NCBI GenBank assembly: GCA_903901225.1
Contig: CAIUQE010000020.1
Span: forward strand, 5,092 to 69,091
Origin: Candidatus Omnitrophota bacterium
GTDB lineage: Bacteria; Omnitrophota; Gorgyraeia; Zapsychrales; Fredricksoniimonadaceae
Direction: 5' to 3'
DNA length: 64,000 nt
Below are positions 28,381-35,461 of the stretch, piece after piece. The notes below the pieces were generated by a model that searched no databases, was not told the origin of the DNA, and worked only from the letters and a program-made list of their open reading frames with translations. Numbering within the stretch: position 1 is the stretch's first letter; the number at the start of each line of letters is the position of its first letter. A program made the position numbers and the translations under genes.

Positions 28381-28623
28381 TTATTTTGTCGCAGGCGCAG
28401 GCGTAGCCGCTGGTGCCGTCGTTGTTGCGTCGGCAGCATCCGCTTTCTTGGCCTTCTTGTGACCCTTGCCCTTATGATGTTTAGCCTTTGACTTCTTCAC
28501 GGTCTGACCGGAAGCCGCGTCACCGGCAGCCGCCGAATTTGTGACCGGCGCCGCAGCCGTTTCCGCGAAACTCACCGCGGTGAACATGCCCAGGACAACG
28601 AGTGTTAACAATAACTTCTTCAT
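28381..28623 (-). CDS. Small exported Ala/Lys/His-rich protein (Asr acid-shock-like composition)
   Basis: AAGGGAG RBS, signal peptide ending SFA, KKSKAKHHKGKGHKKAKK core and low-complexity flanks. Confidence 0.8.
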   Translation of the reverse strand: MKKLLLTLVVLGMFTAVSFAETAAAPVTNSAAAGDAASGQTVKKSKAKHHKGKGHKKAKKADAADATTTAPAATPAPATK

Positions 28624-28672
28624 GACGATCTCCCTTTTCAACTGTTTTTTTATTAAATACCTTTTCCAAAAT

Positions 28673-28939
28673 TTACGCCGCAAAGGGCGGAGGCCGCTCC
28701 TGGCTGGTCAGAAGATACCTTTCAAGGCAGCGCGCCAGCTGGCCCTGTTCAAAATACTCCCGGATAAAAACAACCCCCGGCAAAACGACAGCGAATATAT
28801 CGCCCGGCAGGGCGAACGACGCGGGCTCGAACGACAGGAACGCGACCCGTTCATCCTCAACCGCCGCCGATAACGCCGGACGTCCGAACATGACGAACGC
28901 ACAAAGAATTATCAGGAACACCACAAATATCTTTTTCAT
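28673..28939 (-). CDS. Small signal-peptide protein ending in RPPP (candidate leader/arrest peptide)
   Basis: MKK plus hydrophobic N-terminus and C-terminal ERPPPFAA. Confidence 0.55.
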   Translation of the reverse strand: MKKIFVVFLIILCAFVMFGRPALSAAVEDERVAFLSFEPASFALPGDIFAVVLPGVVFIREYFEQGQLARCLERYLLTSQERPPPFAA

Positions 28940-28951
28940 ACCGCCCCGGGA

Positions 28952-29110
28952 TCAAAACAACGTATAAATAAAAGGAGCCACGGCTGAACTCTGAGCAAAA
29001 ATGATCAGCAGGCTCAACAACAACAGAATGATAATGATCGGCGCCAGCCAGAACCGCTTGCGTGTCTTTAAGAAATCCCAGAATTCTTTCACAATGGATA
29101 TTTTGGCCAT
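28952..29110 (-). CDS. DUF5989 family small membrane protein (SxtK-like), absent from the ORF track
   Basis: Manual translation gives MAKISIVKEFWDFLKTRKRFWLAPIIIILLLLSLLIIFAQSSAVAPFIYTLF (52 aa). Confidence 0.93.
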   Translation of the reverse strand: MAKISIVKEFWDFLKTRKRFWLAPIIIILLLLSLLIIFAQSSAVAPFIYTLF

Positions 29111-29117
29111 ACCCGTC

Positions 29118-29516
29118 TCAAAACTGCTGTAAATACCGCTCTTTCAAAATATTCCCGGACGGACAACGCTGCCAGTACGTGGCCGCGTCCGCGTCCTTTT
29201 TCCGTTGCAAATGATCCTTGCCTGCCAGGCGCAACACAAGGCCGACAGGGACAAAAACAATAAAAAATACAACTCCCAGGATCACCGTCGTCATAATGCT
29301 GCCAATGATCTTGGCAACAGCCATCCACCCGCGGTATCCCGGCTTAAGCGCTTTCCAGCGGAGCAAGGTTACGCCTGTGAAAATAACAGCACAGATAAAA
29401 AACGTTACCGGCGCCCAGGAAAAGCCGTGCCTGAACACGCTGCCAAGGCCAAAGAACAGGGCAATAAGACCCAAACCGTAACCAAAGACGATAACATCTT
29501 TTTGAGCTTTATCCAT
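29118..29516 (-). CDS. SxtJ family membrane protein
   Basis: LKP.Y..WM.....IG......IL...FF..F.P.GL, GKD.L, TYW and terminal QQF. Confidence 0.9.
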   Translation of the reverse strand: MDKAQKDVIVFGYGLGLIALFFGLGSVFRHGFSWAPVTFFICAVIFTGVTLLRWKALKPGYRGWMAVAKIIGSIMTTVILGVVFFIVFVPVGLVLRLAGKDHLQRKKDADAATYWQRCPSGNILKERYLQQF

Positions 29517-29517
29517 A

Positions 29518-31347
29518 TTAATCCAAAATTTGCGATATTTGTTCTTTTTTGTATTTTTTACGCTCAGGCTGCTCGGCCTTGTCCAGGATGAACCTGTTCA
29601 GCACCAGATAATCCATGTCCGTGCACATAAAGCAGCGATAAGCATCCTCAAGCGTACAAACGATCGGCTCACCCCGGATATTGAACGACGTATTGATAAT
29701 AAGAGGACAGCCGGTCTTCTTAAAAAAAGCATTGATGATCCGGTAATAGAACGGATCACGCTCATTGTCAACGGTCTGCACGCGCGCGGAATGATCCACA
29801 TGCGTGATGGCGGGAACACTGGAGCGCCTGACCTTGAGCCGGGCAAGCCCCCTCAGCGTGCTGTCCCGGGATGCAGGATCGATCAGCGCCTCTTTGACCC
29901 GGCCAACCATGAGCATGTAAGGGCTGTCCTGGGGAAGGTCCACAACGTCCTGCGCATGCTCCCGCAGGATGCTGGGCGCGAAAGGCCGGAACGATTCGCG
30001 GAGCTTGATCCTCAGATTCATCTCTTCCTGCATTTTCATCGAGCGCGCGTCGCCAATGATACTGCGCGCCCCCAGCGCCCGCGGGCCGAACTCCATGCGC
30101 CCCTGAACAAGGCCGATGACCTTCTCGTCCGCCACGAGATCAGCCACCCTCTCAAAAATGCTCTCCCCGTCACATTTCTCATAAGGGACGCCTTTGGCCT
30201 GAAGGAACGTTTCCACCTCTTCATCCGCATAACCGGGGCCCAGGAGCGAACCTTTCTGAAGGTCATGCGTACCATCAACCCGCCGGGAATGACCAAGATA
30301 CTGGTGCCAGGCAAAAAGCGCGGCGCCCAGCGCGCCACCCGCGTCACCGGCAGCCGGCTGGATCCATATCTTGTCAAAGATCTTTTCCCGCGCGATCCTG
30401 CCATTGCCCACGCAATTAAGCGCGACCCCGCCCGCCAGGCACAGGTTCTTTTGCCCTGTCACCGCGCGCACATGACGGGCACTTGCCACCATGATCTCTT
30501 CAGTAACGACCTGGATGGACCTCGCCATATCCATATCAAATTGCGACAGGGCCGTCTCTGGCTGGCGCGGCGCGCGCCCGAAAAGGCGATGGAACCTTGC
30601 GTTGGTCATGGCAAGTCCGACGGGATAATTAAAATAGGCCATGTTGAGGCGGAAAGAGCCGTCGGGCTTGACGTCCACAAGCTCCCGGCGGATAATGTCC
30701 GCGTAACGCGGCTCTCCGTACGGCGCCAACCCCATGAGCTTGTATTCGCCGGAATTGACGCGGAATCCGCCGTAATACGTGAACGCGGAATACAGGAGTC
30801 CCAGCGAATGCGGGAAACGGAGCTCGTGCGTTAACGCCAGCGTGTTGCCTTCGCCCGTCCCAAAACTCGTTGTCGCCCACTCGCCAACGCCGTCCATGGT
30901 CATGATCGCCGCGCTTTCGAACGGCGAAGGAAAAAACGCCGAGGCCGCGTGCGCCTGGTGATGCTCTGAAAAAATAAGCTCCCCGCTGAACCCGTTGAGC
31001 TCAGCCAGGAGCAGGTCCTTGAGGAACATCTTCTCCTTGAGCCAGACGGGCATGGCCTTGAGAAAAGAAAAAAGGCCGGCGGGCGCGTAATTGAGATACG
31101 TCAGCAGAAGACGTTCGAATTTAAGGAATGGCTTTTCATAAAAGGCCGCGCACGCGACATCTTTGAGGGTGATCCCGGCTTCCTTGAGGCAATACCGCAA
31201 CGCCTCGACGGGAAACGCCGCGTCATGCTTCTTGCGTGAAAAACGTTCTTCCTGGGCGGCGGCAATGATAACGCCGTCACGCAGGACAGCCGCGGCGCTG
31301 TCATGATAAAAAGCGGAAATGCCAATGGTGTAAACAAAGGGTGTCAT
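29518..31347 (-). CDS. O-carbamoyltransferase (NodU/CmcH/SxtI family)
   Basis: GISAFYHDSAA, QEERFSRKKH, HHQAHAASAF, DGVGE, GEYKLMGLAPYG, EFGPRALG.RS, RESFRPFAP, NTSFNIRGEPIV. Confidence 0.96.
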   Translation of the reverse strand: MTPFVYTIGISAFYHDSAAAVLRDGVIIAAAQEERFSRKKHDAAFPVEALRYCLKEAGITLKDVACAAFYEKPFLKFERLLLTYLNYAPAGLFSFLKAMPVWLKEKMFLKDLLLAELNGFSGELIFSEHHQAHAASAFFPSPFESAAIMTMDGVGEWATTSFGTGEGNTLALTHELRFPHSLGLLYSAFTYYGGFRVNSGEYKLMGLAPYGEPRYADIIRRELVDVKPDGSFRLNMAYFNYPVGLAMTNARFHRLFGRAPRQPETALSQFDMDMARSIQVVTEEIMVASARHVRAVTGQKNLCLAGGVALNCVGNGRIAREKIFDKIWIQPAAGDAGGALGAALFAWHQYLGHSRRVDGTHDLQKGSLLGPGYADEEVETFLQAKGVPYEKCDGESIFERVADLVADEKVIGLVQGRMEFGPRALGARSIIGDARSMKMQEEMNLRIKLRESFRPFAPSILREHAQDVVDLPQDSPYMLMVGRVKEALIDPASRDSTLRGLARLKVRRSSVPAITHVDHSARVQTVDNERDPFYYRIINAFFKKTGCPLIINTSFNIRGEPIVCTLEDAYRCFMCTDMDYLVLNRFILDKAEQPERKKYKKEQISQILD

Positions 31348-31778
31348 CAAGCAAAGGCGATGTTGATGATATCGTGACGGCCGATGACGCCGACAAGCTT
31401 GTCGCCGGCGTAAACGGGGATCGTGGGGACATTGTGCTTGAGCATCAGCCCGATCGCCTTGTCCGCGTGGTCCGTGTGCTCGATCCTCAGGAACTGGCGG
31501 TTGACGAATTTTCCCACCGGCTGGTCAGCCAGCGCGTCCAAAGCCGCCATCTTCTGCGGAAGGCCGGAGATCGCCAGGCCCATCAAATTCAGGAAATCCA
31601 CGGTGGTGAAGACCCCCAGCAGGGATTCCTCCTTGTCTTCGTCGACGACCAGGATGCCATTGATCCTGTAGCGCAGCAGCAGATGGGCGACGTTGCGCAT
31701 GGAAACGCCCGCTTTCACCTTGATAGGATGGTCGTTCATGATGTCGCTGACGACAACGTTCAACATGCGTCCCTTCAA
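31347..31778 (-). CDS. CBS domain pair protein
   Basis: VSDIM..HP, GILVVD...LLGVFT..D and IPV...KLVGVIGRHDI. Confidence 0.9.
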   Translation of the reverse strand: MKGRMLNVVVSDIMNDHPIKVKAGVSMRNVAHLLLRYRINGILVVDEDKEESLLGVFTTVDFLNLMGLAISGLPQKMAALDALADQPVGKFVNRQFLRIEHTDHADKAIGLMLKHNVPTIPVYAGDKLVGVIGRHDIINIAFA

Positions 31779-32182
31779 AGGCCAAGGATACGCTCGACCT
31801 TGATCCTTAAAAATTCACTCCTGAAAGGCTTGGCCAAAAAATCATTGGCCCCCATTTTGGCCACTTTCTCAACGCCATCCATATCCAGCGCGCCGGAAAT
31901 AATGATGATCTTGGCATCCCTTCCCCAGGATTCCCGGCGGATCATCGCACAGACCTCATATCCGTCGAGACCCGGCATCCGTATATCCAGAAGGATAAGG
32001 TCGGGCTGGAATATCCGCGCCTTTTCCAGCGCCGCGGCGCCGTCATACACCGCGTCGCAAACAAGCTGCTTGACGGGAAGAAGTATCCGGATGATGGCGC
32101 TGACCATCTCCTGGTTATCATCAACAATGAGGACTTTCTTCCTTGCCGGGGCAGGATCCCGGGGATCATTGGCAGTAGCCAT
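31775..32182 (-). CDS. Single-domain response regulator
   Basis: VLIVDD, LILLDIRMPGLDG, IISG, FLAKPF. Confidence 0.93.
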   Translation of the reverse strand: MATANDPRDPAPARKKVLIVDDNQEMVSAIIRILLPVKQLVCDAVYDGAAALEKARIFQPDLILLDIRMPGLDGYEVCAMIRRESWGRDAKIIIISGALDMDGVEKVAKMGANDFLAKPFRSEFLRIKVERILGL

Positions 32183-32191
32183 AACGCGCCT

Positions 32192-32545
32192 TCAGGTCTT
32201 GGGTTGACGCAACAGGCAATAATTATAAAGCTTGTTACAGCCCTCTTCCGCGACAAGGCCGTCGATCAGGAAACTCACGCCCGTGCAGTAATCCCCGTCC
32301 TCATTAGCCGGCCCGGCCCACATCACCTCGCCTGTCATGTTGATCGGACCTTCGAAGGGGACTTCCACGATAATACGCACGGACTGGCCTTCCTGGAATG
32401 ATGTCGGGCCAAAAATACAGCAACCGTGGTGATGCATGTCAACGATCAAGGTGGACTCGTAACGCGGCGGCCCGTCGATCACGCGGCAGCGCGCCCGCAT
32501 ATTGACGACGACCCTCTGCCATTGCCTTTGTTCGGGTTCTTTCAT
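32192..32545 (-). CDS. PilZ domain protein
   Basis: EQRQWQRV (RxxxR), DMHHHG (variant of D/NxSxxG), GEVMW, GVSF. Confidence 0.8.
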   Translation of the reverse strand: MKEPEQRQWQRVVVNMRARCRVIDGPPRYESTLIVDMHHHGCCIFGPTSFQEGQSVRIIVEVPFEGPINMTGEVMWAGPANEDGDYCTGVSFLIDGLVAEEGCNKLYNYCLLRQPKT

Positions 32546-32925
32546 AAAGCCTCCGGAAAAAGAATAGACTTCACGATATTGACAAGCTCATCCCTGTCCC
32601 AGGGTTTTTCCATGAAATACAGCAGGCCGCCGTCGTTCACCGCGCGCGAGAACCCGCGCGCGTCCATCATCCCCGACAGCATGATGGCCTTCACAGACCC
32701 GAAGCGCGCCTGCGCCTGCGCGAGGAACTCGTCGCCAAGCATACCCGGCATCCGCTGGTCGACGATCATCAAATCGACCTTGCCGCCGCGCTGCGCGAGA
32801 ATCTCCAATCCCGCCGGGCCATCAAGGGCCTGAAGGACCTCGAAATTCTCCAGGCTCAAACAACGGTCCAGGCTGTGAAGGACGCCCGGTTCATCATCAA
32901 CGCACAAGATCACTGATTTGCCCAT
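32542..32925 (-). CDS. Single-domain response regulator
   Basis: ILCVDDE, IVDQRMPGM, MLSG, EKPW. Confidence 0.93.
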   Translation of the reverse strand: MGKSVILCVDDEPGVLHSLDRCLSLENFEVLQALDGPAGLEILAQRGGKVDLMIVDQRMPGMLGDEFLAQAQARFGSVKAIMLSGMMDARGFSRAVNDGGLLYFMEKPWDRDELVNIVKSILFPEAL

Positions 32926-32934
32926 AAGGCTCCA

Positions 32935-33372
32935 TTATTGCGCAAATTCAAGACCACCATTGACCAGACGACGATAATAGCACCCGAACCGTGTCCGCCC
33001 CGCCTTGTCCTTCACGTGGCACGACCCGGCCCCTTTCATTGTCACCAGGTACAACAAAGAATTCTGCTCGCAATTGACCCTGACCTCGACGATCTCAAGC
33101 TCATCGCCGGACGTCTTGCCCTTGATCCACAGCTCGTGGCGGGACGTGCTCCAGAACGTCGCGAGGCCCGACTCAAGCGTGTGGCGCAGGGCTTTTTCAT
33201 TGGCATAGGCCAGGATCAGGACATCCTTCGTCGCCGCATCCTGCACGATGACCGGGACGACGGGATCAGGGCTCTGGGCGACCTTGCAAAGCTTCTCGAA
33301 ATCGATAAGAACGCCGGTGCCGTCTTCAAGGACCTGGTGCGTGACCTCACCTCTAAAATCTTTTCGGTTCAT
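32935..33372 (-). CDS. hisI: Phosphoribosyl-AMP cyclohydrolase
   Basis: VIVQD, FWSTSR.ELW.KGKTSG, NCEQNSLL, CH....CYYR. Confidence 0.9.
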   Translation of the reverse strand: MNRKDFRGEVTHQVLEDGTGVLIDFEKLCKVAQSPDPVVPVIVQDAATKDVLILAYANEKALRHTLESGLATFWSTSRHELWIKGKTSGDELEIVEVRVNCEQNSLLYLVTMKGAGSCHVKDKAGRTRFGCYYRRLVNGGLEFAQ

Positions 33373-33381
33373 GGCTGCCTT

Positions 33382-34398
33382 TCAAGCGTAGATCTTCGCG
33401 AATTTGCGCGGTTTCCGGGTTTTCCACGACGCGTTATGGTACGCGTAGCTGACGATCAAAGGAACGACGGTCGTAGCCTCGGCGTAAACCATCTGCTCAT
33501 ACACCGTATCGACCTTGCCCCACGACGACGCTTCCTTGAGCGTGGAGCTGGAACAGGCACCGTCACGCACATCCGCGACCGTGACCTGGACCGCGTATTT
33601 GTGCATCGGGACCTCAACTCCCAGGACCTCGGCGCAAACGACCGTGTCCTGCGCGAAATTTTTCGGCACGCCCCCGCCGATCATGAAAAGGCCGGAGGTG
33701 GCGGACTTCATCTTGATCTGCGTCAGCTCGTAAAAATCCTTTACGGAATCAATGCTCAGGTGCGCGCGGGGATTCTTCACCTGGTGCAGCACCAGCCCGA
33801 ACCCGGCCGACGAATCCGTGAACGCGGGGCAAAAGATCGGCACATCATGCTCGTAAGCCACCTGGACCAGGGAATCCTTCTTTTTGGAATTCTTCAGCAG
33901 GTAACGGCCCATCTCGGCGATGAACTCCCGCGAAGAATACGGGCGCGGCTCTAAACTGTCAGCGATCTCGCCGATGGTGCGGTCGCAGGCCTGCAGTTGC
34001 GCTTCATCGATGAAGGTGTCGTAAATGCGGTCGATGTAGAGCGAACGCAGGACCTTGTCATCCACAAAGGGCGACCCCTTGTAATGCTTGAACCCGAGCG
34101 CCTCAAAGAAATCCATGTCGACGATCGAGGCTCCGGTGGCCACGATCGCGTCGATCATGCCCGAGCGGACCATCTCGACGTAGACCTGCATGCACCCGCC
34201 CGCGGACGTGCTCCCCGCCAGGGTAAGGATGTTGGCGGAGCTTTTCTCATTGATCATCTTGACCAGGATATCAGCCGCGCGCGCGGTATCGCGCGAGGTG
34301 AACGACATCTCCCGCATCGCGTCGATGATCTTCGTCGCGTCAAATGACCTGATGTCCACGTGCTTGACCGGGTTCTTGAGAAGGTCTTTTTTCTTCAT
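33382..34398 (-). CDS. Deoxyhypusine synthase-like (homospermidine pathway / SpeY-type) enzyme
   Basis: IDRIYD, FCPAFTDSSAG, GGGVPKNF and DGACSSSTLKEASSWGKV with the catalytic Lys. Confidence 0.93.
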   Translation of the reverse strand: MKKKDLLKNPVKHVDIRSFDATKIIDAMREMSFTSRDTARAADILVKMINEKSSANILTLAGSTSAGGCMQVYVEMVRSGMIDAIVATGASIVDMDFFEALGFKHYKGSPFVDDKVLRSLYIDRIYDTFIDEAQLQACDRTIGEIADSLEPRPYSSREFIAEMGRYLLKNSKKKDSLVQVAYEHDVPIFCPAFTDSSAGFGLVLHQVKNPRAHLSIDSVKDFYELTQIKMKSATSGLFMIGGGVPKNFAQDTVVCAEVLGVEVPMHKYAVQVTVADVRDGACSSSTLKEASSWGKVDTVYEQMVYAEATTVVPLIVSYAYHNASWKTRKPRKFAKIYA

Positions 34399-34422
34399 CT
34401 TTTCTCTTTCTTGTGCCGGGTT

Positions 34423-34455
34423 AAAAAAAAGTCCGCGGTGAACTGCTCCGCGGAC
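34423..34455 (-). terminator. Intrinsic terminator between pdaD and the DHS-like gene
   Basis: GTCCGCGG-N9-CCGCGGAC hairpin followed by U8 on the minus strand. Confidence 0.75.
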
Positions 34456-34480
34456 TCGAAGTTATGCGCAAGTCGCGTGA

Positions 34481-35110
34481 TTAGCGGATGCTCTGGACAG
34501 GATACACGTAATTCGTGAAACAGATCGCCACCAACGCGGTGCCGAATTTCTTTTTGGGAATAAAGCTCTCGGTTGTCAGGTGTTCGTCGCGCAACTCGTA
34601 TTCCTGGTCAAACCCGTTCTTGTAAAGGGTCTGGAGGCTCGCGCGCAGCTGTGTCCCCGCCTGCTCGGCGGTCAGGGACCCGTTATACTCGCAGACAAGC
34701 CCGCCGTAACGCTGCTTGCTCTTGCGGTTGTAAAGCCACCCGTAAATGATGCCCGCCGTGGCGCGCACCCCTTTTTCCATGCTGGCGCAGGCCATGATGG
34801 TCTCGACGACACAGCCATGGATAAGATCTTTGGGCTGGGCGACCAGGCGCGCGATGCCGGGAAGGATCGAGGAATAGGTCATGATGTTGTAACGTTCAAT
34901 GCCCGCGTCGCGCAAGGCCAGGTGGAACGACCCCGCGTGGACGGTGATGTCGCACTCACCGACGCCGCTCGTCACAAAATAATCTTTCGGGATACGCGTC
35001 CCGATGGTGAGCGACTGGAACTGCCTCTCGTTGACCAATCCTTCAGCGTCACGGATCACGTCATCAAGACCCGCCGGAGCGCTCACAACGATATTCGCGG
35101 CATGTTTCAT
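34481..35110 (-). CDS. pdaD: Pyruvoyl-dependent arginine decarboxylase
   Basis: IPKDYFVTSG.G, SFHLALRDAGIE.YN, YSSILP self-cleavage site, GGLVCEY. Confidence 0.9.
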   Translation of the reverse strand: MKHAANIVVSAPAGLDDVIRDAEGLVNERQFQSLTIGTRIPKDYFVTSGVGECDITVHAGSFHLALRDAGIERYNIMTYSSILPGIARLVAQPKDLIHGCVVETIMACASMEKGVRATAGIIYGWLYNRKSKQRYGGLVCEYNGSLTAEQAGTQLRASLQTLYKNGFDQEYELRDEHLTTESFIPKKKFGTALVAICFTNYVYPVQSIR

Positions 35111-35273
35111 TTCACCTGTATCCTTATTACCTGTTTGTTGACTGATCTTTCATCACCGGGAAATCAACGTAAATCTAGCACATATTAAAACAAAAAACAA
35201 CACGGAAGGCGCGCGCAAAACTTCCAACTGTTATTCTATACAAAATACTTTCAAATCATCAAAGAATCTTTGA

Positions 35274-35363
35274 AAAAAACTTTCGCGCGCCGGGATCCGG
35301 GAACGATGTTCTCCGTCGGAGAATCTACCTGCCGAAACAGGCCAGGCCCAGCAGCGCGCGTTG
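35274..35363 (-). ncRNA. Candidate orphan structured small RNA (~85-90 nt)
   Basis: GC-rich island in an AT-rich spacer, with a CGCGCGC/GCGCGCG closing stem, two internal hairpins, an upstream promoter and a downstream U7 tract. Confidence 0.45.
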
Positions 35364-35370
35364 AATGAAG

Positions 35371-35399
35371 AATTTAACATCAATTGATATTTTTTGCAA
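35371..35399 (-). promoter_or_regulatory. Sigma70-type promoter directly upstream of the candidate sRNA
   Basis: TTGCAA-N17-TAAATT with an extended TG. Confidence 0.5.
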
Positions 35400-35461
35400 A
35401 TAATATTTATTGATGAGCGATGATTTTCTTGCTGATAAAAAGCGTCCTTCTCCCCGCTTCT

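Noticed and set aside
28952-31347. Saxitoxin biosynthesis cluster
   Set aside because: Only the widespread sxtI/J/K-like triad is present; there is no sxtA, sxtG or other core gene.
35274-35363. SRP RNA, tRNA or a known riboswitch
   Set aside because: It lacks the SRP CAGG-GNRA-AGCAG helix, a TTC T-loop cloverleaf and any aptamer consensus I can recognise. Kept only as an orphan candidate.
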